Source of the DNA: Octopus sinensis
Taxonomy: Eukaryota
Assembly: GCF_006345805.1 (NCBI RefSeq)
Contig: NC_043013.1
Coordinates: 23,932,001-23,996,000 of the forward strand
DNA: 64,000 bases
Direction: 5' to 3'
The notes below the pieces were generated by a model, which saw only the letters and a program-made list of their open reading frames with translations, had not been told where the DNA came from and did not search any database. The position numbers were made by a program, and so were the translations under genes. Below, one piece after another: positions 36,477-50,195 of the stretch (position 1 is the first letter of the stretch; the number at the start of each line of letters is the position of its first letter).

Positions 36477-38687
36477 GTAAGTAACACATAAGTGTTTTTG
36501 TTAATCTTTTCTTTTTGTTTCATACTTTTGTATTATCAATACTCAGTGTTTTGGCATTAGCAGCAGTTTAATACATTTCTATGAAATGTCAGAAGTGAGA
36601 GATCAAATAAGAAAAAAAATCTCACTTTTATTGGTATTCTTTTCCATCTATCCTTCTTAAGTTATTTTACTTGGATTATTTCTAATGTTGTATATGCAAC
36701 TATCTTATGCTAGTGTAGAAAACTGGATGTCATTGCTTGTTTAGAAAGAAATGTTATGTTAAAGTGTAAACTCTTAAGTGTGTTGCTGAAATTCTTTCAA
36801 GTTACTTCTCATCTGGAATCATTAATGATGGCTAAGTGAAATGATCAAAAGCATTAATCTTACAAGAATTTTTTTTCAAAATTATCTACTGGCAAATGTG
36901 ATAAGTTAGTTGTTATCATCATTATCGTCATGACTTATAATGCTTTACACCTGCAAAAACTGGTGAGGCTAAATTTATTATTTTTTTTTAATCAAATATC
37001 AGAAATATAGAATTTCAAATTTACAAATATAGAAAACCCGATAGATTGTATATAAATGTCTTAGTTTGGTGCTTTTATTGCAAATTCTTGAATATAACAA
37101 AAGCAGTCCTAATCAACTCACAATTTATCTCTCCATTTACTCTTCAGTGAATTCTCAGAATATATTTCAGTGGTTGATAATATTTGAAAGATAGATTTTC
37201 TTGTCTCGTTTTTGAATGGTTTATCTAAATATTAAACGATAGTAAATCTAATATTGTTTCATTCTACAACCACTTCCTTTAGCACATTTTATTCCCTAAC
37301 TTCAAGAATATTACCACATCGTTTTTGGTGAATTTCTCTATAAGTTTTTCCAACCAGGAAGACCTTTAAATGGTATCAATATTTTCACCTGGTTCACATT
37401 ATAAACTTTGAATGAAAGGCTCATTGTCATCATGTGATTCTATTGAAGTAAAAACTTATTTACTATGTATAAGAAGAAAATACAGCAATTACTTTTAAGA
37501 TTTTCTCATAATTTCATATGACTCTCCATCAAGTTGAATTATACTTCTTGCTCTTATTGTTTTGGGGTAATTTACATTAAAATATTTTGTCACCTGCAAT
37601 GAATGTTTATGCAATGAATCCATGGCAATATAACTGATGCTAATCTTGGATTCAATAAATTTTACTTGTTAATCTCAAAACTTAGGAGAAATTAATAGGA
37701 CTCTGGGAGATTTTTTGTCACACTTCACATCTAACAGTAAGATAATACAGATGTGGTTTATGCTGGTTTACTCAGGTGTGCAGACTATTATCAGTCAAGC
37801 AGTGGGGGTGATGTAATTGATCAGTTCCCTCCCCCAAAATTTCAGGCCTTGTGCTTATTATTATCGAGATGTATTGTTCTCGGTGATTTTCAATTGGTAT
37901 TCATATAAGTATGCTTGATAAGATAGAAGCAAGGTTACTGAAGATAAATTAATATTTCATTTCTATTAATAGCACATGTAACTAACTTGGGGGAGGGTTT
38001 TTTAAATACATATTTGTTATTTATTTAGAAGTACATGCATGCACCAGTGTACCTGTGTATATGGATGTAATTTTGCATGCATGTTCAGTGCTGCTGGGTT
38101 TGCAACTGCATTGGAAACTAAAGGTGGCTAACTTCTGGTGCTGGAGATATTTTTAATTAAGACCAAACAACAGGTGTTTGCATTTGCTGATTTAAGAAAT
38201 CTTTTGATGGGTTCCTACATTTTATAGGCTGATGGACGTTATGCATGACTGAATGTTTCCAATTATAGTTGAAGTCATGACTAAGTGTTAAAGCATTTAG
38301 ATTGCTGTTAAGTGTCCAGCCAGGTTCTGTCTTTAGTCCACTACTCTTCATGATAATCCATGATCCATAAATATGTGCAAGGTGTTTTGGAAATATAGTT
38401 GTTAACCTGATTTCATTAATTAATTAGTTGATAAGTTGAATGAAAAAGTTCAAACTCACTTTCATCTGATTAATAGATTTGTTTTGTTATGTTGTATATA
38501 AAGAAGAACCTAATTAAGGATGGAATCTTTTGACCAGAGCCAACATAAAACATAGACAGTAGACTTCTTTGATGGTTTATTAGACATAGGCAGGTTTACT
38601 ACCTGTATTATATTAGTACTGGCACCAATTCTTGTATTTATACAGTTATAACAGGTTAGGTTGTTTCTTTTTGTTTTTCCTTTTGCC

Positions 38688-38938
38688 AGCTCTGTCTGGC
38701 CCCCGTGTCGGTGGCACGTAAAAGCACCATCCGTTCGTGTCCGTTGCCAGCATCGCCTGGCCCCGTGCCGGTGGTGGCACGTAAAAAGCACCCACTACAC
38801 TCATGGAGTGGTTGGCGTTAGGAAGGGCATCCAGCCGTAGAAACACTGCCAGATCTGACTGGGCCTGACGAAGCCTTCCAGCTTCACAGGCCCCAGTTGA
38901 ACCGTCCAACCCATGCTAGCATGGAAAGCAGACGCTAA

Positions 38939-38970
<32 letters not shown>
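38688..38970 (+). mobile_element. 5'-truncated RTE copy, young (CpG retained)
   Basis: GTG(T/C)CGGTGGCACGTAAAAGCACC units, conserved tail, long (GAT)n. Confidence 0.88.
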
Positions 38971-38977
38971 CCCTTAA

Positions 38978-39194
38978 CACTATAGCATTTAAATTAGTCA
39001 CACCAGGTCCAAATATTCTGCCTGTTTCCTGTTCAAACTGGCCGTGTCTCTTCCACCTACTCTACAATATCATTCTAAAAGTAAAGACTCACATCATCAA
39101 ACTCTCATAGCTACCAGATAATGTTTGATTAATTCAAAACAATGTGCTTAAATAAGCATCACATTTGGACAGAATAATTTTAAATGCTACAGAG
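38978..39194. mobile_element. piggyBac-type MITE, decayed
   Basis: TTAA|CACTATAGCATTTAAA ... TAAATGCTACAGAG|TTAA. Internally collinear with 20716-20935. Confidence 0.65.
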
Positions 39195-40663
39195 TTAAAG
39201 CAAAATTTATTCGATTTTAGCTTTTTTAATGTTTCTTCACATTACGTGAATATCATGTTGGAATTTAAAAAATTTCTCAACAACTGTAAATTTTCTTAGC
39301 CAATAAATATGCGCTTCATTATATATCTATTTAGTGATTCATTTACTGTCACTTTGGCAATCTTGAGTGAAGCTAAACCTTACTGGTGGCTCCAGAATAA
39401 GGCAAAGAACTTGTCTGATGTGCTATAGAAATTAATAAAGCAGCATTAGTCATTGCTCTGTCGCAACACTTATTTCACTCTTGTAATTAAATCTGATGAC
39501 ATTCTCTTATTATTGAGAGCTTAAAATTAGTATTTAATGTTCTGATTAACTTTCTAGTGTTTGTTCACTGATATTTTACTTTGAAAAACATATAAAACAG
39601 TTGCAGTCAAAGTTTAAAAAAAAAAAAAAGCTGTAGCCAAAGTGTCCCCTTAATCTTTAACCACAATTTTATTAATTTGAAAATGCCCATTATCTCAAAA
39701 AGTCTTTATTTTTTTTACAAACTTTTTTTAAAAAGTTACCATTCTTATATAAAGTTAATGTAAAAGAATCTATTACAAATTTTATTATAAATATTAAATA
39801 ACTACATTGTATTATATTTGGCCAACCTTTTTAACTAGCAAATGAAATGATTTTTGAGTTGTCTTTAGCAAGGGAAGCAATTCTGTATTTAAACAAATTA
39901 CTACCCCTTATATATTTAGTATGAATTTTATGTCACAACAAAACCTGTGAGTATTTCACGAATCTTACTATCTGCTGACATCAGTTCTTTCTTACAACGC
40001 ACAATATTTTAGTTTAGACTGAGTTTATTGTGAAAAAGCACAGGTGGAAAATAGTCTTTTTTTTCTATCAGTTTGTCAACAACTTATTTATGTTTGTCAG
40101 ACTTACGTTTAATACAGACTAAGCATGTAAAAATTGTAGATCTCAAATTCAAGTAAAATTCTTGTGTTTAATGATAAATATTCTTTGTATATTTGATACA
40201 ATCTCTGATTATCCTTTCCAACAAATCAGTTCTATGCTAAATAGATTAAAACTTAATGAATTATGTGGAATTTTAAGAAATCTGAATCGCATATTTTCAA
40301 AACTTCATAAAAATCAACAATTGAGAATCGTTTTGAAAGAAATTTTGAGTTGAAAAGTGGACACTGCATAAAGACAGAATATAACTTATATAATGATATA
40401 GTTATGATGAAATCTTGGAATTATCCTTCATGGAAAAGAGATAGTAATTCAGTCCCTTTTTTCATCTAATTTAGTATAAATAATTTCTAAGCAGCCAGAT
40501 AATTGTATTAGCATTTTGTATAATAAAATTCAAATCTACTTTCCATAGATATTTTTGTAATATAAATATACCTATACTCAATTTAAATAATAGGTGCTTC
40601 TATGATAGATATTTTGAGTTGATATCATTTAAAGCCAAAGATGTTAATTAAATAGAGCCTTTA

Positions 40664-41115
40664 TCATTGTCATTTAACATCCATTTTCCATACTGTCATG
40701 GTTGGGATGGTTTGACAAAACCTGACAAGTCAGTGGACTGCACTCTGCTGTCTGTTTTGGCATGATGCTTATGGTTGTTGGCCCTTCCTAATGCCAACCA
40801 CTTTACAGAGTGTTCTGGGTGCTTTTTATGTGGCATCAGTAGCAGGCACAAGACACCTCGACTCGGGCAGGGAGGGGAGGAGTAGTACTGAGGGACAGAA
40901 AAGAGGTCTTGCATTAGAAGAGAAACATGGCTACCTCAGATGGAGAAGAAAAAAGTGAGGAGAGAGAAAGATGGTGAGGATGTGACAAAGAGGGAATTTG
41001 GTTTATAGAGGGTGAAAGAGTTTGTAAGATTTTGAAAGGAGTGGGAGCTATAGGTAGGAGAATGTAATGAGTGGGCCCTAATGGTGGGGGAGTAATTGGG
41101 ATATGATGTGAGGAA
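40664..41115 (-). mobile_element. RTE copy of the pyrimidine-rich-3'UTR type
   Basis: RTE tail at 40664-40850, then CAAGACACCTCGACT... and a purine-rich (+ strand) tract. Confidence 0.7.
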
Positions 41116-41155
41116 CGGAAGTAATTCATGAATTCACACCCACTGTACAATAAAC

Positions 41156-41350
41156 CATCATCACCATCATCATCAACACTTAACGCCCATTTACCATGCT
41201 GGCATGGGTTGGACAGCTTGACAGGAACTGACAAAGCCAGCAGCTGCACCACTTGATCTCTGTTTTATCTTGGTTTCTATGGCTTGATGCCCTTCCTAAC
41301 ACCAACCACTCCATAGAATGTACTGAGCGCTTTTTGTGTGGCACCTTGGT
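41156..41350 (-). mobile_element. 5'-truncated RTE tail copy
   Basis: CCATGCTGGCATGGGTTGGACAG...GATGCCCTTCCTAACACCAACCACTCC. Confidence 0.8.
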
Positions 41351-41802
41351 TTTAGGATCTCAGTTCTGTTGTGGTGGCTGGGTCTTCTCGGGTACAGCAA
41401 TACCCCACATATCTCGGTCATCTCTCATCTCTTTTGTAAGGTTCAGCATTTTGAGACCAGCCTTCAATAACAAAATAGAAATCAGTTTTACACCAGCACA
41501 CTATTCCAGTTAGTGACACTTGCTCATGTCTAGGTGAACCAAGCTTATACAAATTATCTGAACCTTGCAAATAGTGCCCAAAGGATTGGATACAAACCAC
41601 TGACCAATCAGCTAGTTCCTTTGGTTTTTATATACTAGAAGCATCCTTATAAATATATATAAATTCTTGCATCTCTTATTTATCTATAATAAATACTCTT
41701 ATTTATCTAAAATGAGGTACCCCTACTACATATGGCCCAATGTATCCTGCATTAAGTTCCTCTCTGGTGTCATTGTGGAATATAAAATTGTTATTCTTTT
41801 GA

Positions 41803-42250
41803 CATCATCATCATTTAATATCCGCTTTCCATGGTGGCGTGGGTTGGATGGTTTGACTGAAAACTGGTAACCTGGAGAGATGCACCAGGTTCCAATCTGA
41901 TTTGGCAAGGTTTCTATGGCTGGATGCCCTTCCTAACACCAACCACTCCAAGAGTGTAGTGGGTGCTTTTTACGCGCTACCAGCACAGGTGCCATTGACC
42001 TGACCCTAGCATTAGCCACGGCTGCAATCTCACTTGGCTTGACAGGTTTACACAAGCACAGTATATTGCCAAAGGTCTTGGTCACCTGTCACTAACTCCA
42101 TGAGGCCCAAAGCTCGAACTGTGCTTTTTACGTACAAGTTACATGATACTGGCATTGGCCACAACTATGATTTCACTTGGCTTAATGGGTATTCTCAAGC
42201 ATGGCCTATCACCAAAGGTCTCAGTCACTTGTCGTTGCCTCTGTGAGACA
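41803..42250 (-). mobile_element. RTE copy with duplicated ORF2-end units in the 3'UTR
   Basis: Tail at 41803-41990, then two ~135-bp units containing CCAAAGGTCT(T/C)... Confidence 0.85.
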
Positions 42251-43144
42251 CACTTTCAGAATAAAGGAAATGGTTTTTTTCTTTCATTTTGCTCACAAAA
42301 TCTTCTTATAAGCTCTCACTGTTTTGTTACCTCAAATCTCTCAAAATATTAAACTATTTTTCCTGTATGGCAGTGGTGTATACAAAGTATCAATAATATT
42401 AATACACTTAGTTTTTTTTGTGTGCGTACCTGTGGTGTGTGTCACACTTCAAAAGAAGAAGTAAAAAGGTTGAAAGGAGAGGTACAAAGAAAAAGAGAAA
42501 TAAAAGGTGTTAAGCAGAGGAGGTATACTTGAAGTGAGTTGCAAAGCAGGAGAGAGGGGAGGGACAGAAGTAGAGGAAGTACAGCTGAAGTGAGAGTTAA
42601 AGCGGCAAAGAAGAGAAAGTAAGAGAGAGAGAGAGAAGAGGGGGGGTTGATAGCATTGAAAGGTAAGAGAAATATAATGCATTGAACACAGGGGGACAGT
42701 TAGAGGCAAGGAGACATAGAGGAAAGAGAGGGGAGGGAGAAATGATAGAGGTTTGAAGGAAAAGAGTGGATAGAGAATAATAGTGAAAGAGAATGGAATC
42801 ATTCTCATACAGAAAACGCTGGAAAACTTTTTGTTTTCAAAGATATATGATAAAAGCATTGAAAATATGGAAATTGCAAAAAGAAATGTTGCCTATCTAT
42901 CTATCTATCTATCTGTCTGACAGTTATTCTGTCTGTCTGCCTCTCTCTCTCTCTCTCTCAGCAAATAGTTGTGAATGTTACTGTTACTTTTCTACAGTTG
43001 GAGGGAGAGGTAAAATGTTTATCAGTATTTTCAGAGTAGACTGATGCATGCATCGAAAGAAAAGTAGATACATAGATCAAAAGAAAAGTTGATACATAGA
43101 CACATTGTTAAATTAAAGACAAATAACTACAGCAAATATTGGAT

Positions 43145-43900
43145 GTTACTTTCATTTTTCATGAGGATAAAATTAACTCACAAGTGGCTGAGTACTCCAC
43201 AGACATGCATACCATTAATGTATTTCTCAGGGAGATTCAGCTTCACACAGAATATGACAAGCCTGCCCCCCTTCAATTACAGCTACAACTCATTTTGGCT
43301 AGCTGAGTGGACTGGAGTAAGATAAACCTTCAAGTGGTCGGAAGAAAACAAAAAAAAAGATCCTATATAGGTGCAGGAAAATCTTTTTAGTCGTTAGTAT
43401 TTGTGGGTCTCACAAATGTGGAGGCCAGGCCCCCCAGATAAACACTGATGCACAAGCTGTTGTTATCAAACTGAGCGTGAGTCCAGGGCGAAATCACTAC
43501 ACAACGAATAGCAATTATTTTGTCTCAGCTTTCACTGCTTATACTAAACACATGACATTTTTGCCTTACGATATGGAACATTTCCTTTTCTTTCACTTTT
43601 TTTAAATAATGGCATTCCCTCGTTTACGACGACTAAGTTCCTGTTTATCTGGTCAATGGAACAGTCTACTTGTAAAATTAACACGCAAGTGGCTGAGTAT
43701 TCCACAGACACGCATGTCATAAGGTAGTTCTCTGGGAGCTGGTCCCTCTGAATTACAGCTACAACTCATTTTTTGCCAGCAGAAAGGACTGCAGCAAGAA
43801 GTGGAGTACTTTGCTCAAGAACACAGAGCGCCACAGGGAATTGTGCTCATGACTTTTCAATGTGGGCCAAATACTCCTAACCACTGACCCACACACTTTC
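43145..43900 (-). mobile_element. Two decayed CORE-like tRNA SINE pieces (43145-43322 and 43615-43900)
   Basis: Both share AAGTGGCTGAGTA(C/T)TCCACAGACA with 15680-15705. The central part resembles GTGTxCTTGAGCAAxxCAC (CORE-like), and the tRNA-like head is decayed near 43830-43890. Confidence 0.65.
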
Positions 43901-44900
43901 ACTCTCTTAACCGTAGACAAAAGGAATGAAGCAATAGAGACAGAGAAAGGAAATTTACAATGGCAATTAGACTGAAATATGATTGATCTTTTCTAGCTTC
44001 TTTACTTTTAACAATGAAGAAGAAGGAAAGACATTTAGTAAGGAATAGAGGAAAGTATTTCAGATGTTTACATTTTCATTCTGGCAGTTCTAGAATGATC
44101 AAATGTTAGTTCTCTCTTCTTCCCCCCCACCCCCAGTACTTATTCGCCTTTTTTCATAGTTCTTCATGTCTTTTAGTTGCGAGGAAAGACCACGTTTTTT
44201 CTTCCGGCACTTTTAACATTTCCTCCACAAATTACAGACAAGCCCTGCTCCCTTCCTTTTTCTTTTTCATTCAAAAACTAATGCAAATTTCAAATAGGGT
44301 ATATCTGTGAGAAGAGCCCAGAAAAATGGGTAACACCTCCTACAAAATGGGTGGAGGAGAAAAGTTGCCAACAGGTGGCTACACGAAATTCAACTCTATA
44401 CGTTAAAGAGTGTCTTCTACTTTAGCCTCAGGCCGACCAAAGCTTCATGTGTGGATTTCATAGATGGAAACTGAAAGAAGCCTGGAAAAAGCATATAATA
44501 TTTTGTGAGTGGAATGAGTTTTCATCACTAGCTTGTGATTAACACACACTGAGGATGGGTAACCACCCAGAAACTCAAGTCTTTGTGTATTACGTATGGC
44601 TAGAGATGGAAGTGATGATCTCCCCTCACATACTAATCAGACACAGAATGTTTGTCATTAGCCAGCTGGAAGAGATGTTTTCCTGGGGCTATAAATGCCA
44701 GTAGCACTGTGCCGTATAGGACGCCACACTTGGTTGGCAAGATTCCATACTGCTACTGTTTATATCTGACCCAGAGATTTGATATAGCTATATATATAGT
44801 AAATCCCCCAAAAACAAAGAACAAATAAAAAAAAAAACAACAACACGAGTATGTGGTACATGTAAGGTATTACCAGACACTCAGGGAAGGAAAGAAAGTG

Positions 44901-44935
44901 GTTTTATGTTTTGAGCAAAGCTCTTCTTCAGAAAC
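44901..44935 (-). ncRNA. Degenerate minimal type I hammerhead ribozyme motif (probably inactive)
   Basis: Minus strand GTTT-CTGAAGA-A-GAGC-TTT-GCTC-AAAA-CATA-AAAC. Stems I and II pair, and the core differs from GAAA-CGTA at two CpG-type G>A positions. Confidence 0.5.
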
Positions 44936-45464
44936 AAGAGACAGAGAAAAGTCCAAGAGAAAAGGAAGATGGAGGAAAAAAAAAATCAATGACGATTCAC
45001 AGGTGGTTACATTAGCAATTGCATATGTATCAACACCCAATGCTTACCCTTTAATCTTGTTTAAAATAGACATGACTCCAAGAAAAATTACACATTACAA
45101 AAATTAGTAAGAACAACATACCTATGTAATTCTAATGTCCTTTTAGCTTTTTTCTCTTATTTTTCTGCTAGTGATGAGTGCTTCTTGACAACTCAGATTC
45201 TTAAAATGAATTTATTGTCTTTCTGTATGAAACGATCGTATAGCTACATGAATAAAAAAAAATCATAATGCATATTAGCATCTAATCTCCTCCGTTTAAG
45301 AAAAATATGATTGAATTTGTTGAACTCTGTTTTATAAGTTAAATCATATAAGTTTCCATATCTACACTAATTTACACCTGTAAATTCAAAGTGAAGTATG
45401 AAGAAACAGTGTTAGAAATCCTTTTGGAAACCACTCCAGTTACAGGGATGAATTCACATTCAAA

Positions 45465-46746
45465 CCTTTTTAAAAGATATATATATAGAGAGCTTTGGGA
45501 GAGGGCTCCAACACCGATGTCATCTACCTTGATTTCAGTAAGGCCTTCGACAGGGTCGATCACAAGATCCTATTGAAAAAACTATCCAACATTGGTGTCT
45601 CTGGAAAGTTACTGAAATGGATCAAGTGTTTCCTGACAGACAGATCTCAACATGTTGTAGTTGAAGGGGTAAAATCAAGCCCAGCCAAAGTCAGTAGTGG
45701 CGTTCCGCAAGGCACTGTGCTGGGCCCACTTCTTTTCATCATTTACATTAATGACATTAATGACATCATCAAGCACAGCAACATAAAAATCTTTGCAGAT
45801 GATTCCAAGCTACAGAAGGTCATAAATGAGGCGAGTGACCGGACATGCCTTCAGTCAGATCTACTGGCTGTTATCCAATGGGCAGAAAAAAACAATATGC
45901 TGCTGAACGAGGATAAATTTGAGTTAATCCACTTTGGAAAAGAGGATGCCCTGAAACTCCCATACTCCCTTCCTTCAGGTGAAACTCTCGCGGCGTCCAA
46001 CAACATCAGAGACTTGGGAGTAATTGTGGACAACAACATAAGCTGGGCCACTCATATAAACACCAAAGTTGACATGGCCCACAGAATGTGTTCCTGGATT
46101 CTCAGAACTTTCCAGTCGAGAGATATCCACACCATTATCCTTCTCTCTCCACTTTTGCCCGACCCCACCTTGAATACTGTTGTCCACTGTGGTCTCCCCA
46201 CACAATACAAGGTATCATAAAAGGGCAATCACAAAAAAGATAGATGGCATGACAGGCCTCGACTATTGGGGTCGACTAGAAAAGCTAAAGCTCTATTCTC
46301 TCCAACGTCGTCGTGAGCGCTACATCATCTGCATGATGTGGAAAATATTCCATCAGCATTGCCCAAATGATGTTGGCATCACCTTTAAGGTACATCCAAG
46401 GCTTGGGCCCCGTGCCATCTGCCCAAAACAAAAATCGCACTCTCATCTCATAACAACAATACAGCACAATTATTTCACCTCAATTGGCCCTGCTCTCTTT
46501 AACATTACACCAAAACACATTAAAACAGAAACTGACCCTATAGGGTTCAAGAAGTCTTTGGACAGATTCCTTCAAGAAATCCCGGATAAACCCCCTACAC
46601 CTGGATATGTCTCTGTAAACAATAACTCTCTACTTGAGTGGGCCATAGTGCCCAAATTCTGACTTGAAAGACTTCACCAGGTGGTGCTATTAAGTTAGAC
46701 ATGGCCTGGGCCAATAATGGCCGAAACCTATCAAAGTATCAAAGTA
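45465..46746 (+). mobile_element. 5'-truncated CR1-type LINE (RT and C-terminus)
   Basis: VIYLDFSKAFDRVDH, GVPQGTVLGPLLFIIYIND, IFADDSKL, RPHLEYC and LYSLQRRRER. Frameshifts near 46145 and 46222. 3' stem GGCC-AATAAT-GGCC-GAAAC and TATCAAAG x2 tail. Confidence 0.92.
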
Positions 46747-46812
46747 TATGTATGTATATATGTATATGTATGTATATATATGTGTATACATGTGTATATA
46801 TATATATATATG

Positions 46813-46860
<48 letters not shown>

Positions 46861-46861
<1 letters not shown>

Positions 46862-47608
46862 TAGCATTATGACCCGTCGTTGCCGGGTCATAGTGCTAGT
46901 GCATGTATATATGTGTATATATATGTGTACATATTACAAGTACATCTATATATATACATTTACACATAAAATACAAAATACAAAGTTATATCTTAATATC
47001 GCTAGTTATAACAATACTCTAAATATATAACAGACTGGAATTGTAAGCCCGTCTCTTGCAATTTCAATCAATTGTGTCTTGTCCTCCCTCATGTATAGAA
47101 GTGCGGTTACGGACTCCCTTGCACGCTCCGTTGACTCGAACCTTGCTTCTATTGTGGCAAATTTACCGCCTCTGTTTAAATATCTTTCATAGTCGCACCA
47201 AGACACTTTTCGATGGTGCTCTCCTCCAGGTGTTCAAATCTTTTTTCTCTACATTGTATACTTTATAGACAATAGTGTTTTCTTTAATCTAATTTTTTAT
47301 TATCCATCCGAACTATTCCATTTCTGCACGCTAATTTTATTTTTAATTTATTCCCATTCATGTGAAACCACTTGTTCAAGTCATTGATGCAATTTTATAC
47401 CAATTGCTATTTATACTTTTGCTGAAATAGTGGAGAAGATATGATATTGCTATGGGCTCGCTCTAGGCAAGAAGTTGAACATTTTTTTTGCCCATGAAAC
47501 TACATGGACCCTAAGTAAGGCATGTGTAAAATTTGAATGAAATTGGTTGTGTAGTTCTCAAGTTTTAGGGAAACACACAGACATACACACATTCTCAGTT
47601 TTATATAT

Positions 47609-47613
<5 letters not shown>
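46861..47613 (-). mobile_element. Non-autonomous Helitron, 753 bp, inserted in (TA)n
   Basis: Minus strand A|TCTCTATATATAAAACTGAG ... hairpin ... CTAG|T. The 5' region is similar to that of 23799-24196. Confidence 0.8.
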
Positions 47614-47644
<31 letters not shown>

Positions 47645-47662
47645 ATATATATATATATATAT

Positions 47663-48351
47663 CGTTTTTCGTTTTTCTTGTTTCAGCTCAGAGCTGCGGC
47701 CATGCTGATGCACCGCCGTTTTGTGCTACACTGTTATTACGAAGAGCCTCCTCTAATAGGTGGCACTTGGTGAAGAATGGAGTTTGATATAGCTACTCTC
47801 ATTTGCACCTCTTGCCGTGAGGTAGGTTCATCTGGGGCTCTCGACAGGAAGATGTCCAGCTTTGATTTAAAAACCGCTACATCTACTTTGTGCAAGTTCC
47901 TCAGACTCTTTGGGAGAATATTAAAAAGCTGTGGGCCCTTGAAACCCAGGCTGTTGCAGTAGCTGGTCCTGAAGCGTGATGGCATTGCTGGGATCTTTGG
48001 CACTATGCAGTGTCGTCCCGTTCTAGCATTGGTGTAGCTTACAATGCCAAAATTTGGCACAATTCGTTCCAGGATCTTCCAGACATATATTACTGCATAC
48101 TTCTCCCGTCTTCTCTCCAGGGAGTAGAGTCTTAGCTGTTTCAACCTTTCCCAGTAGCTGAGCTGTTGCAAAGAGATGATCTTCTTTGTGAATCTTCTCT
48201 GGATTGCTTCAAGGTCCGCTGTTAATTTCACACTGTGAGCAGTAATCCAGGCGGCTGAGGACGAATGTCCACCAGAGGACCATCATGGTTTCCTTATCTC
48301 TGGTTCTGAATATTCTTAGGATCCATCCAGCCAGTCGTCTGCACTTTGTCA
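47663..48351 (-). mobile_element. 5'-truncated CR1-type LINE of a second family
   Basis: [11 protein letters not shown]...[10 protein letters not shown], then LEAIQRRFTKKI...YWERLKQLRLYSLERRRE...FKSKLD. Tail CAGCATGGCCGCAGCTCTGAGCTGAAACAAG. Confidence 0.9.
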
Positions 48352-49045
<694 letters not shown>

Positions 49046-49919
49046 GAGAAATTCTGTCTGTGGGTGTGTTTGTGGAGTTGTTAGCTAACTCCTCTTACAT
49101 TGTTTTATCGATTTTGATGAAACTTGACACGTGAGTAGAACTCATGTCTGGAAACCTCATGGCATACTCAGATTGTTGAAAAAATAATAGGGCTCCTGGA
49201 AAGGATCCTTATATATATATATATATATATTTTATTTTAAAAACCAAGGGAAATAACCCATTCATCCCTGGAAGGAATCCTTATATATAGCCAAGGGAAA
49301 TAACCCATTCATTTTCCTAAATTATTTGGTAAAAATGAAATTGAGTATGCTTATTTCTTAGTGTTTGAACTGTTAGAGTTATTTTCGCAATTTATCTAGT
49401 ACAACCCTTAAACAAATATATGGTATTTTCCTAAACAATAGATCCACTTATTTCGGTTATACCAACACTAGCGCCCCTGAGGGTAATATTCTCTGGGAAG
49501 CTTTTTCGCAGAGTTATTTACTTTGAATTATTATTATCTCATATCTGATTATCCTGTTGTTACGTAACATGCTTCACGATTTTAGCATACATACCTTATT
49601 AGTATTTCCTCCTATGTTCTATATACTCTGGGAACACATTAAAGCCCTTTTCAGGGCTACTTTATTTGAATTCTTACTATCAGGTAATTAATTTCATGTT
49701 ATTACATAACTGACTTCACAATTTGGGTATTCATAACTTATTGGGAATTCCTAAAATCAAGATCCTGTGTAAGACAGATCAGTATTCTCTGTAAATGCAC
49801 AAAAACCATTTTAAGGGATACATACTTTGTATTGTTTTTACTGGATTAGCAAAACAATTATGAGAATGGAACCAAGGGATAAGCCCTTCTTTCCCAGGAA
49901 TTACCGAGTACATCATGTA

Positions 49920-49975
<56 letters not shown>

Positions 49976-50195
49976 ATGTATGTAGAGAGAGAGAGAGAAA
50001 ATTATGCGAATATACAAGTAAATCTGTCAACATCATGAAGGATCTCCATACCTGCTCATCTTGATTCACCTTACAGCCACTCTTTACTCCGTGTAATTGG
50101 TCCCTGGTAAAGATATTGGGGTGTAAGTTTAAATCATTTGAATGCTTCTGTTTTCTATATTGAAAATCTCTGGATCTCATTTATTGACTCATAAA

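Noticed and set aside
46709-46728. GGCC-AATAAT-GGCC-GAAAC as a hammerhead
   Set aside because: No CUGANGA upstream; better explained as the CR1 3' stem-loop.
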